Below are positions 20,459 to 29,207 of a stretch of DNA of 57,264 nucleotides, in pieces. The stretch lies in UHGV virus genome UHGV-0173438. One strand, 5' to 3'. The stretch is from a virus. The notes beneath the pieces were generated by a model. It saw nothing but the letters and a program-made list of their open reading frames with translations. It had not been told where the DNA came from and made no database searches. The stretch's first letter is position 1. Every line of letters begins with the position of its first letter. Position numbers and translations under genes: made by a program.

Positions 20459-21352
20459 TTACATTTTTTCTATCATTTCTTTTTCACCATCGAATAATAA
20501 TTCTGGTTTTGTATAATATAAGTTTTGTAATTCATAATACCAAGCTGATTTTTTATAATCATAATCACAATTTATTGTTGCATTTGTAACCTGTTGATTT
20601 GCATCAGGAAAACGTTTAAATGAATTTCCAAAAACCATATCGATATTTTTACCGACACGTTGTTTTGCACCAAGACAATCACAATTTTGTAAAATTGTCA
20701 TATAAAACATGTATGTTGCATTGTCGATAATATTTTTTTGTTTATCTTCTTTTAATTTTTCTTTAAATACATTTAAACATAATCTATATACTAAATTAAT
20801 TTCGTCGCTTAAATTATTTTCACATCTAAAACCAAATGAGTTAACAAATGTATTAATATCAACAACGTATACGCAACTTGTTGTTTGACCATGCATAAGT
20901 AAATATCTTGCATCTTGAGGTGGTATACCTTTATTTATTGCTAAATCATATAACTCTTGTGATTCTTTTATTAATTGTTTTGCTTTTTCAATTAACTCAT
21001 TGTCATAATAATAATTTAATGGGATTGTTACGTTGTGTTTTACCGGTCTAGGCATTTGTGATTCAACATTAAACGCTGCTTTTCTTTGTCTTGTTAATTG
21101 CGCAAGACAAACTCTACTTATATTATTAATACGAAATGTTATAATCGCTTGTTCACGAGGCATTGGTAATGCTTGCATGTGCATAATTTCATATAATGCA
21201 GATTGTATACGACTATTGTTTTCATCATACGCTATATTTTGTAAATCATTCCAAGTCATTCTATAACATTCCCATGCATGTTTTGCAATATTTATATTAT
21301 AATCAATGACTTCTACGCTTATATTTTCATATCCTTTATTAACTTTTTTCAT
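20459..21352 (-). CDS. thyX: divergent FAD-dependent thymidylate synthase (ThyX)-like protein
   Basis: F.I..ISR...QLTRQR.......S, GIPPQDARYLL, F..R......EI; canonical His residues replaced. Confidence 0.8.
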   Translation of the reverse strand: MKKVNKGYENISVEVIDYNINIAKHAWECYRMTWNDLQNIAYDENNSRIQSALYEIMHMQALPMPREQAIITFRINNISRVCLAQLTRQRKAAFNVESQMPRPVKHNVTIPLNYYYDNELIEKAKQLIKESQELYDLAINKGIPPQDARYLLMHGQTTSCVYVVDINTFVNSFGFRCENNLSDEINLVYRLCLNVFKEKLKEDKQKNIIDNATYMFYMTILQNCDCLGAKQRVGKNIDMVFGNSFKRFPDANQQVTNATINCDYDYKKSAWYYELQNLYYTKPELLFDGEKEMIEKM

Positions 21353-21362
21353 ATTATCCTCT

Positions 21363-21848
21363 TTATATTTTCATATTTTTTAAACGATCTATTGCGTTAT
21401 TGTAAATAGATTTAATCTCATTCATTTGATTACCTAATTGTATTTCTCTATCTGTATATTGTAATACAGAGTAAATGTCTGCAATTTTAACTATAAAATT
21501 TACAATGTTATCTTCATTATTCTTCATTAATTCTGTATATTTATTATAATTTTTTTTAAAAAATTCATTTTCATATTTTTCAAGATATGAATATAAATTA
21601 AGTTTTATTTTAACGTCATGTGTTATATCATTCAATTCAATCTCAGGTAAATCATGTAATAATGCTTTTATTAATACTTTTTCTCTAATATTGACATTTG
21701 CAATATTTGAATCATCTAATAATTTTAATGCGATTAATGCAACATAATATGAATGTTCTGCAACACTTTCTTTGTGCAATGTTGGTCTAGAATTATATCG
21801 ATATATATCTTTTAATTTATATATTTTTCTAATATATTCTTTTGTCAT
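21363..21848 (-). CDS. HD-domain 5'-deoxynucleotidase (YfbR/DatZ-like)
   Basis: I.RY, ESVAEHSY, ALLHDLPE..DI, VKIAD. Confidence 0.85.
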   Translation of the reverse strand: MTKEYIRKIYKLKDIYRYNSRPTLHKESVAEHSYYVALIALKLLDDSNIANVNIREKVLIKALLHDLPEIELNDITHDVKIKLNLYSYLEKYENEFFKKNYNKYTELMKNNEDNIVNFIVKIADIYSVLQYTDREIQLGNQMNEIKSIYNNAIDRLKNMKI

Positions 21849-22291
21849 TCTATTTCACCTTTATATTCATTATAAACGTCTTTAAACTCATGTTTATTAA
21901 ACTTTAATTGATATAATAAATCATTTGTATTTGTTACATAATTTCCTGTTTTTGCAAGCATTAAATTGAATGGTTTTGTCCCGTTCGTTTCACTATAATA
22001 AATGATTGGTTTTTTATTTGCATATGCAAAACCTGCCTCCCAAATTGTACCTGTATCTTTATAATCATAAATTACAACAACAACGTCTGAATTTTGAATT
22101 GCATTTATATTTCCAATAAGAATTTTTGACATTTTATCATTTGTAGTTATGCCTTTTATTATTTCACCTTCTTTACGAGGATTAAACACATCAAATTCTG
22201 ATATATTTAATGTATTTGCAAGTTTTGTATGTAATTCATTTTGTTCAGGTGTAAACCAACCACCAGCAAGATATATTTTTAATTTTTTCAT
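21845..22291 (-). CDS. nucleoside 2-deoxyribosyltransferase / nucleotide N-hydrolase family protein
   Basis: KIYLAGGWF, VFNP, D.GT.WEAGFAYA..KP. Confidence 0.88.
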   Translation of the reverse strand: MKKLKIYLAGGWFTPEQNELHTKLANTLNISEFDVFNPRKEGEIIKGITTNDKMSKILIGNINAIQNSDVVVVIYDYKDTGTIWEAGFAYANKKPIIYYSETNGTKPFNLMLAKTGNYVTNTNDLLYQLKFNKHEFKDVYNEYKGEIE

Positions 22292-22351
22292 TTATCCTCC
22301 ATAATTTGTATAATTAATTATATTATTAAATTATTTTCAAGTTATCAGAGA

Positions 22352-23242
22352 TTACTCCGATATTTTATTGAACAAATAATTATAGTATCTATAATCTTGA
22401 TTTTTCCATTTACATATGTGTTTAAAATCTTTCGACTTAAAAAATTGACTTTCTTCAAACAATGTTTTAAGATTTTCTTTGTTTTGCGTTATATTCTCAT
22501 ATAAATAGCTTAACAAATAATAATCTCTTTCTGACTCATCTGCTCCGCTTCCCGGAGCTTTACTAAACCATACTTCTTGAAATCGATTGTCTAATAACAA
22601 TTTTCTTTTTATTTTTCTTCTAAGAACATCAACAGAAACGTCGTTATCAACTTCATTAATTTTTCTAGCATTTTTTATTGGTCTTACCATATAATCATTT
22701 AAGAATTGCTCTATTACATTTTCAAAATTATAAATAGAATTAATAGGATTATTTATAATTGTCATACCAGTAATAGTAACGTATCTATATGATTTTTCGG
22801 GTTGATAGTATTCAATAGAATTAGTTTCGTTTTTTATGTAATATTTTTTGTTATCAAAATTATATTTTTGTCTGAAAATTACTCTCAATCCTTTTCCTGA
22901 AAAACTAAACTCTATATATGCATACTTTTTAAATCTATTTATTATATCGATTGCTCTTTTATCTCCTGTTGTTATATCAAATGGACGTTCAAAACATTTA
23001 TCAACGTCTATTGCACAAACATTTGAAGCTTGAATTGATATTCCTAAACCCGCATATTTTTCAAGCTCTCCATTTAAAAGCTCTTGAAAATCAACAAAGT
23101 CATTATTATTATTTATTTTTGCTGGAGTATTGTCTAGTTTGTAAGGTAATTTTTTTTGAGTAACTAGACAATACTTTAAATTACTATTTAAAATGTTTTC
23201 ATTTTCTGCGATTCTTAGCAAAGTATCTAATGCATTATTCAA
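22352..23242 (-). CDS. primase-polymerase (AEP, NrS-1-like) with C-terminal helical bundle
   Basis: AIDVD, E.SFSGKGLR, IEYY..RYVTITG, DESERD..L. Confidence 0.75.
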   Translation of the reverse strand: MNNALDTLLRIAENENILNSNLKYCLVTQKKLPYKLDNTPAKINNNNDFVDFQELLNGELEKYAGLGISIQASNVCAIDVDKCFERPFDITTGDKRAIDIINRFKKYAYIEFSFSGKGLRVIFRQKYNFDNKKYYIKNETNSIEYYQPEKSYRYVTITGMTIINNPINSIYNFENVIEQFLNDYMVRPIKNARKINEVDNDVSVDVLRRKIKRKLLLDNRFQEVWFSKAPGSGADESERDYYLLSYLYENITQNKENLKTLFEESQFFKSKDFKHICKWKNQDYRYYNYLFNKISE

Positions 23243-23789
23243 CAGGTAAACCTAATTGACTAGCTCTTTTCCAAGAAATAAGATTTTGCCAGATTGAAGT
23301 TTCACCATTTGAATTTTTTGATTTACTTATTTGAACATAAAGTCTTGATCCAATTAAACAATTTAATGCTTCGATTAAAAATTCTGCATCTAAGAAGACG
23401 TCTTTTTCTAATAATGGCTCTCCATTTGCATCTTCAAATTTTAACATGTTTTTTGCGAATCTTTGTAAACTAGGTTCATCTTTATTTACAAATCTAACAA
23501 ATATTTTTCTTTTTTCAACTGATTTTAGTTTATTTAATTCAGGAAGACCATTATCTATTTCCTCGTCTGTTGCAATTCGATATCCCTCAATCACATCAAA
23601 TGTAAGAGTTATCATAGGCAATTTTGTTTCTTTTGTCAGTGTAAATTTTGCATCAGATACTTCAGAGTAATAATATCCTTCAGGTAAATTTTCAAAATCG
23701 GAATTTGGGTCAATAGACGTTAAGTCTGTTTTTTTAGCAATGTTGTTATATATTGCATATAATTCTTTTAATTCTTTTAATTCTTCCAT
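23235..23789 (-). CDS. DUF669-like ssDNA-binding protein
   Basis: FENLPEGYY..V..K..PM..F.V, R.IF; adjacent to the AAA ATPase. Confidence 0.65.
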   Translation of the reverse strand: MEELKELKELYAIYNNIAKKTDLTSIDPNSDFENLPEGYYYSEVSDAKFTLTKETKLPMITLTFDVIEGYRIATDEEIDNGLPELNKLKSVEKRKIFVRFVNKDEPSLQRFAKNMLKFEDANGEPLLEKDVFLDAEFLIEALNCLIGSRLYVQISKSKNSNGETSIWQNLISWKRASQLGLPVE

Positions 23790-23804
23790 TATTTGTTCTC
23801 CTTA

Positions 23805-24902
23805 TTATTTCATTTTTGCAAATTTTGCTTTTAATGCAGCCAATCGTTCAGCTTGAGTCATTGATTTAGTTTCTGGTTTTGGTTCCTCTACTGCTTTTAT
23901 TGGTTCTTCAACAACTGTTTCTACTACGGTTTCAGCAATAACATCTATAGGTTTTTCTTCAACGAGTGTGGTCTTTTTTGCAAATTTTGCTTTTAATTCA
24001 GCGAGTTTATCTTCTTTTGAAATTTCTTCCTTATGCTCTTCTACTATTGGAGTTTCTTTAACAACGTTTGTTTCAGTTACTTCAATTTCAATTGGTTCTT
24101 GAACATCTTCTTTTTCATTTTCATTTTCATTTTCTTTTTCTACTTCAATCATCTTTTTAGATTTTTTATGTTTAGTAACTGTTTCTGCATTTGCAATACT
24201 ATATCTATTAATAGTATCATAGAATATGTCCCAATCTAGAGGAATATCATAAGGAATTGAATTTTCATTAACCCCACGAATAATTCCAAATTCGTTTTCT
24301 TTTGGGACTAAAGATAAATAACGTCTCTTTAATATACTACCATCTTCAGTTTCTTCTCCTTTTAGATATGCTCGTAAGAAGCATCTAACTCTTCCCTCAA
24401 TCATATTTATAAGTTTGTCAGGAATGCGGTCAATTGGGACGTATTTATATTTTTCAATGCCTCTTCTATCTTTTTCTATAATTGTCTTTCCATGCATAAT
24501 GAAGATTACATTCTTATCAATATTAAGCAACTTACATATTTCGATGAAGAATTCGTTCCGTGTAATATCATATCCTTTGCCATATCCTAAATCTGATACA
24601 TGGTCAAACTTATTTCTACGGCAGAATTCATATTCGCACCATTTAAATAAATCTTCCAATAAATCAACGACTATTGTGTCATAATTACTATATGATTTTT
24701 CGTCTGTTATTATCTTGTTAAATACTTCTTTTGCTTCTGCCCACGTATTCACTCTTATATGAGCATTCATGTCTGCACCAAAATCTTCTAAATATTCATA
24801 ATTTGGGTCTGTAGTAATAAAATATGGTTTTGGTGCATGTACTGCAAATACAGATTTACCTACACCTGGTTCTCCATATATCACCATTCTGATTTTTTTC
24901 AT
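23805..24902 (-). CDS. AAA_24 / Sak4-like ATPase (ssDNA annealing)
   Basis: IYGEPGVGKS, YDTIVVD, GYGKGY; acidic low-complexity tail. Confidence 0.85.
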   Translation of the reverse strand: MKKIRMVIYGEPGVGKSVFAVHAPKPYFITTDPNYEYLEDFGADMNAHIRVNTWAEAKEVFNKIITDEKSYSNYDTIVVDLLEDLFKWCEYEFCRRNKFDHVSDLGYGKGYDITRNEFFIEICKLLNIDKNVIFIMHGKTIIEKDRRGIEKYKYVPIDRIPDKLINMIEGRVRCFLRAYLKGEETEDGSILKRRYLSLVPKENEFGIIRGVNENSIPYDIPLDWDIFYDTINRYSIANAETVTKHKKSKKMIEVEKENENENEKEDVQEPIEIEVTETNVVKETPIVEEHKEEISKEDKLAELKAKFAKKTTLVEEKPIDVIAETVVETVVEEPIKAVEEPKPETKSMTQAERLAALKAKFAKMK

Positions 24903-24904
24903 TT

Positions 24905-25228
24905 TTAAATTTCTCCTTTCAAAACTTTCGTCATATTTGTGATATTTATGTCTTGATATATCACATCCAAATAATTAATTGCATTTTGCACTCTAATTAA
25001 ATGATATTTTGCAAAATGAGTTTCCCAAATCTCTATTGCAAAAGGTGTAATTGTAATTTTTCGACCATTCAATACTAAATGAAATTTATTTGTTTTGTAA
25101 TGAATAGTAGGTCGACCTAAAAACTTTAAGCAGTTTGTAATTATATATTGGTCTTTTGTCTCAAAACTATAATTTTTACAAAACGCATAAAGCTCATCTT
25201 TACTTAACAATTTTATATTATTTCGCAT
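24905..25228 (-). CDS. hypothetical protein
   Basis: AGGAGG RBS and own promoter. Confidence 0.7.
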   Translation of the reverse strand: MRNNIKLLSKDELYAFCKNYSFETKDQYIITNCLKFLGRPTIHYKTNKFHLVLNGRKITITPFAIEIWETHFAKYHLIRVQNAINYLDVIYQDINITNMTKVLKGEI

Positions 25229-25245
25229 TGCTCCTCCTTTCTATA

Positions 25246-25282
25246 AATATATTATATCACATTATTCATTGTTTGTACATTC
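25246..25282 (-). promoter_or_regulatory. sigmaA-type promoter
   Basis: minus strand TGTACA-17-TATAAT with extended TG. Confidence 0.65.
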
Positions 25283-26323
25283 TTTTGATAATAAATTATA
25301 TACAAGAATATAATTTTCAATTAATTTTTTATTATATATATATTCTTCTTTATCTAAATACTCAAAAATATTTTTATGTTCTTTATATAAAACTTCAAAA
25401 TTTTCATATTTATTTAACAATTTTACATCATAGATTACATTCATATCTTCAGGTGTTGCTTCACGATAATCTTCAATTTTATTTGTATCTTCATTAAAAT
25501 ACTTGTCTGTTACATTATACAACACATAAGCATAACTGTTTTGCAATAATAATTCTTTATAATCTGTTCCTCCATAATCTTCGATAGCAGAATAATTGAT
25601 ATACCATAATTTATTTTCAACTATTGTTTTTGCGCAATCACACATTCGTTCAAGATTTAGAATATAATTTTTTTGATTTTCTTTATTTAAACTATCTGGT
25701 TCGAAGCAATGTGAGCATAAATATTTTTCATCGTTATATAAATATATGTCTTTCAATCTTTTCTCAAATTGGGCTTTACTTTCATTTTTTGATTGTTTTA
25801 TTTTTGTTTTTCTCAAATTAATAATCCCTATTTTATTAACCGGAATTTGTGGATAGTTTTCGTTAACCAAAAAAACGTATCTATAAATTTGCTCAAGATA
25901 ATCATTCCAATTAGGAGATGTTGATGATGTTTTATAGTCGATTATCACAAATCCTTTTTCAGTAAAAAGCAATAAATCAATTATACCCATAAATTCATTA
26001 TCGCCTAATTTTGCAGATAATTCAACTTCATGAAATGTGTCAAGAATTTTACAATCTACAATTGTTGAAAGTAGCTCTTTTTCATGTAAAAGATATCCTT
26101 CAACCATTGCTTCACTTAACATTTGTGAATCAGAATATTTATCTTTTGGCTTTTGATAATATTCTGTTAAGTCTGATGTATTGTGTTCAATTCCCCAATG
26201 TACTGCAGATCCCAATGTTAATGCTTCTTTTGGCAAACTTTTCCATATTTTGTCTACATACTTTAATTTATACGTCATTGGACATTTGAGAATACAATTT
26301 AATTTTGAATGACTAAATCTCAT
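25262..26323 (-). CDS. PD-(D/E)XK (RecB/Cas4-like) exonuclease
   Basis: FSHS...CP, GSAVH, E, GIIDL, IIDYKTS, Q..Y. Confidence 0.85.
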   Translation of the reverse strand: MRFSHSKLNCILKCPMTYKLKYVDKIWKSLPKEALTLGSAVHWGIEHNTSDLTEYYQKPKDKYSDSQMLSEAMVEGYLLHEKELLSTIVDCKILDTFHEVELSAKLGDNEFMGIIDLLLFTEKGFVIIDYKTSSTSPNWNDYLEQIYRYVFLVNENYPQIPVNKIGIINLRKTKIKQSKNESKAQFEKRLKDIYLYNDEKYLCSHCFEPDSLNKENQKNYILNLERMCDCAKTIVENKLWYINYSAIEDYGGTDYKELLLQNSYAYVLYNVTDKYFNEDTNKIEDYREATPEDMNVIYDVKLLNKYENFEVLYKEHKNIFEYLDKEEYIYNKKLIENYILVYNLLSKECTNNE

Positions 26324-26901
26324 TTTACTTCAAATACTCCATTTGTAATCAATTCTTCAATCGTATACCAAACTTTTGTTTCTTCATTTGGATTGAGACA
26401 GATTACAATTTTATTGTTACCGAAAAAAGTTTCAATGGTTAATATTTGTAATTGACCATTAATCCATTTTAATAATTCTTTTTCTGTTCCTTCAAAAATT
26501 TGAAGTTTTTCAATCTCGTCATTTTCAGTTTTAATTCCTGTTGCCATTATATATTTTTTTTCTTCAACTATTTTTTTCTCAACGATTAATTTTTTTTCTA
26601 CTTGATTTAAACCAGATAATAGCTTTGCTCTACGATTATCATCTTTGTTCCACCAATCATAATCATACTTATTAAATTTTATCATATTGTTTTCATCTGC
26701 AATATTAATATTGTCTGTCATTTGTAAAATATCAATAATGTCTTGACCAAATAATGTTTTTTGTAATTCCTCTTTTGTTGTTAGAATTTCAATTTCAGGA
26801 ATTTCATCAAATGTTATTTTTAATGGATTTTCTACAAGACATAAAAAATTTGACATTTTCTTTTCTGTTAGTTTATTCTTTTCAACTTTTATAATATTCA
26901 T
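26320..26901 (-). CDS. hypothetical protein
   Basis: coupled ORF. Confidence 0.7.
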   Translation of the reverse strand: MNIIKVEKNKLTEKKMSNFLCLVENPLKITFDEIPEIEILTTKEELQKTLFGQDIIDILQMTDNINIADENNMIKFNKYDYDWWNKDDNRRAKLLSGLNQVEKKLIVEKKIVEEKKYIMATGIKTENDEIEKLQIFEGTEKELLKWINGQLQILTIETFFGNNKIVICLNPNEETKVWYTIEELITNGVFEVK

Positions 26902-27386
26902 TATTTTTTTCCTCCTGTAATTTTAATATAACTTGTTCCTTCTCCAGGAATAATTGTTGTATATTTAGTATATAAATCAGGAAAATTTTTCAATAATTTC
27001 TTTGTATCTACCGTTGCAATTGTTTCTTCATTACAACATTCTTTATAAATTTCTGGATATTTTTCTTTAAGTGTTTCTAAAGAAAAATTTTCTTTTGTTT
27101 CAAAAGATGTAAATAATGCGATTATGTCGTCTTTTTCATGTAAAATAAACTCGTCTTGATTAAAGATTTCTTTATTTTTTGGTGAAATACAAGTAATTTT
27201 ATACTTTCCTACACTTGCTGAGTAAATACCATTTTCTTGCATAGCGCTTAATAATTTATTTCTAAATTCTTTTTCAGTTTCTTCAAAACGTCGTTTGATA
27301 GCTGTAAAATCATCTAACATCTTTTCTAAAGATGGATTTATTTGTGGTATATCATTTACTTTAATAATTAATTCCATATTTTCCAT
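26901..27386 (-). CDS. hypothetical protein (often near phage recombination genes)
   Basis: GGAG RBS; duplicated L...YPE/FPDLY motif; C-terminal YIKIT. Confidence 0.65.
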   Translation of the reverse strand: MENMELIIKVNDIPQINPSLEKMLDDFTAIKRRFEETEKEFRNKLLSAMQENGIYSASVGKYKITCISPKNKEIFNQDEFILHEKDDIIALFTSFETKENFSLETLKEKYPEIYKECCNEETIATVDTKKLLKNFPDLYTKYTTIIPGEGTSYIKITGGKK

Positions 27387-27426
27387 TAGTGATATATCTC
27401 CATATCTTCAAATCTTCAATATCAAT

Positions 27427-27639
27427 TTATTTTATATCTTTTAGAAAATTGTTAATAATTTCTTGTATTTCTTCCAAATATATTATTTCTTTTTCTAGTT
27501 CCATTGCTTTTGGAAGTTTTTTTTCTTGCAATTCTAATAATAAACTAGATTGCTCTTCAATTTCTTTTTCTATAAGATAAACAACATTCGTTAAATCATT
27601 TCTTATAGAATTTACTTGTCTAATAATTTCTTTTTTCAT
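27427..27639 (-). CDS. hypothetical coiled-coil protein
   Basis: directly behind promoter-RBS cassette copy 2. Confidence 0.7.
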   Translation of the reverse strand: MKKEIIRQVNSIRNDLTNVVYLIEKEIEEQSSLLLELQEKKLPKAMELEKEIIYLEEIQEIINNFLKDIK

Positions 27640-27646
27640 TTTGTTT

Positions 27647-27720
27647 TTCTCCTTTATTTTTATTTTACATTAATATTATATCATAAAATAAATTATTTGT
27701 ACAATCATTTGATTCTTTTT
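27647..27720 (-). promoter_or_regulatory. repeated promoter-RBS cassette, copy 2
   Basis: near-identical to 10547-10620. Confidence 0.85.
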
Positions 27721-27721
27721 T

Positions 27722-28195
27722 TTAATAATAACATTGTATTAATTTAATTTTACATGCTTTAGCAAATTCATCAACTTCTTCGAAATCTTTATATTTTTTC
27801 AAATAATAAACACTTTTAATTTGAAATTGTGCAATCATTTTTATACAATCTAAACAAGGACTTAATGTTAAGTATAAATCTGCTCCATTTATGGCAACAT
27901 TGTTATTTGCTGCATTTGCGATTGCATTTAATTCGGCATGAATGACGTATTTATATTTTTCTTCTGTATCCCAATTAATATTTTTTGTAAAATTTCTTGG
28001 TGCACCATTATAACCTATACCAATAACACAACCGTTTTTAACCAATACTGCTCCAACTTTTGTATGTGGGTCATTGCTTCTTTTTGCAGCAAGTTTTGCA
28101 ATATTAAAATATAACTCTTGCCAACTTGGTCGAGATTCATTATTATATATTTCACTATCCATTACATGATAATTATAACTCGATTGCATATACAA
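27722..28195 (-). CDS. dCMP deaminase
   Basis: RS.DP.TKVGA, GYNG, HAELNAI, LSPCLDC. Confidence 0.93.
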   Translation of the reverse strand: MYMQSSYNYHVMDSEIYNNESRPSWQELYFNIAKLAAKRSNDPHTKVGAVLVKNGCVIGIGYNGAPRNFTKNINWDTEEKYKYVIHAELNAIANAANNNVAINGADLYLTLSPCLDCIKMIAQFQIKSVYYLKKYKDFEEVDEFAKACKIKLIQCYY

Positions 28196-28343
28196 ACTCC
28201 TCTTTTTTAAATGTTAAATTACCAACTTGGATTAATACTATTTCATCATTTAAGTCTTCATACATTTTATTTAAAAGATTTTTTGACAAAATTAAAATTA
28301 TTGGTTTTTTTATACTTTTTAAATAAATTTGTATTTTTTTCAT
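28173..28343 (-). CDS. small hypothetical protein (56 aa, not in ORF track)
   Basis: AAGGAG RBS; MKKIQIYLKSIKKPIIL...EFVYAIEL*. Confidence 0.55.
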   Translation of the reverse strand: MKKIQIYLKSIKKPIILILSKNLLNKMYEDLNDEIVLIQVGNLTFKKEEFVYAIEL

Positions 28344-28495
28344 TTGTTCTCCTTTAATAATAGTTTAATAAATAATTTTTTACTTTCAACACTATAAATG
28401 GATATTTTATTTTCTTTACAATATGATTTAAAATCATTAATCGTTTTATTATATTTCATGAGTATTTTTTCAAATTTAGTTGTTTTTTGCATCAT
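28340..28495 (-). CDS. small hypothetical protein (51 aa, not in ORF track)
   Basis: AGGAGG RBS; MMQKTTKFEK...LKENK*, ATGA-coupled to the next gene. Confidence 0.55.
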   Translation of the reverse strand: MMQKTTKFEKILMKYNKTINDFKSYCKENKISIYSVESKKLFIKLLLKENK

Positions 28496-29204
28496 TTTTT
28501 TCCTCCTTTTTTATATTATTTTCATCTTCTTTTTCTAAGTCATTTACAAATGATAGTAATGTATTTGTATTTAAGGTTTTTAAATATTCGATATCTTCGT
28601 AGGTTAAATCATTTCTTTCCTTTAATCTATTAATCGCATTATTTTTTGTTTCTAATTGTTCTGAATTGTAAATTAAATTTTTTATAGTTTCAATTGATAA
28701 ATCTTTTAAATCAACATTTACATCTTTATTGATTAATAATCCAGGATTATCTAACGATTCTGCTTTTAACTTATGTAAATCAATTAACATTTGTGCAATT
28801 TTTAATTTTTGTTTAGAATTAACTTTATCACCTTCTACCGTATCATCCATTAATAATGCAGTTAACCAACCACCTATATCATCTAATGACGCCAATTTGG
28901 TACTAAATTGTTTTTGCATAATTGCTTTATTTATTCTATGAATTTCCTCTTGACTTGAATAGGACATTAAATATGTAGCAGCAACAGTAATATCTATATT
29001 TGCTAAAACTGCTGCAGTATTTAAGCTTCTAAATTGGATATAATATGCAAGAAATTGTTTTTGGTCATCAGGCATATTATATTTATTTTCAGGGTCTATT
29101 TCTAATGAAAAGGCAATCTCATTATGTATTTTTTCTATGTATTGTTTACTAAGATTATCTGCTTCATTAATGTTTATTTTCGATTTTATTTTTCTTTTTG
29201 GCAT
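28476..29204 (-). CDS. putative terminase small subunit
   Basis: DQKQFLAYY...LNTAAVLA HTH and A..DD...LT.L..D...KLK.A..L pattern of TerS. Confidence 0.55.
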   Translation of the reverse strand: MPKRKIKSKININEADNLSKQYIEKIHNEIAFSLEIDPENKYNMPDDQKQFLAYYIQFRSLNTAAVLANIDITVAATYLMSYSSQEEIHRINKAIMQKQFSTKLASLDDIGGWLTALLMDDTVEGDKVNSKQKLKIAQMLIDLHKLKAESLDNPGLLINKDVNVDLKDLSIETIKNLIYNSEQLETKNNAINRLKERNDLTYEDIEYLKTLNTNTLLSFVNDLEKEDENNIKKEEKNDAKNN

Positions 29205-29207
29205 ATT

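Noticed and set aside
21363..21848. 2-aminoadenine (Z) genome suggested by a DatZ-like HD protein
   Set aside because: No PurZ or MazZ homologue recognisable; neighbouring genes point to pyrimidines
22352..23242. Inactive primase because motif II reads SGKGLR rather than SGxGxH
   Set aside because: As I recall, the Arg variant occurs in other phage prim-pol proteins, and the DxD motif is intact; not enough to claim inactivity
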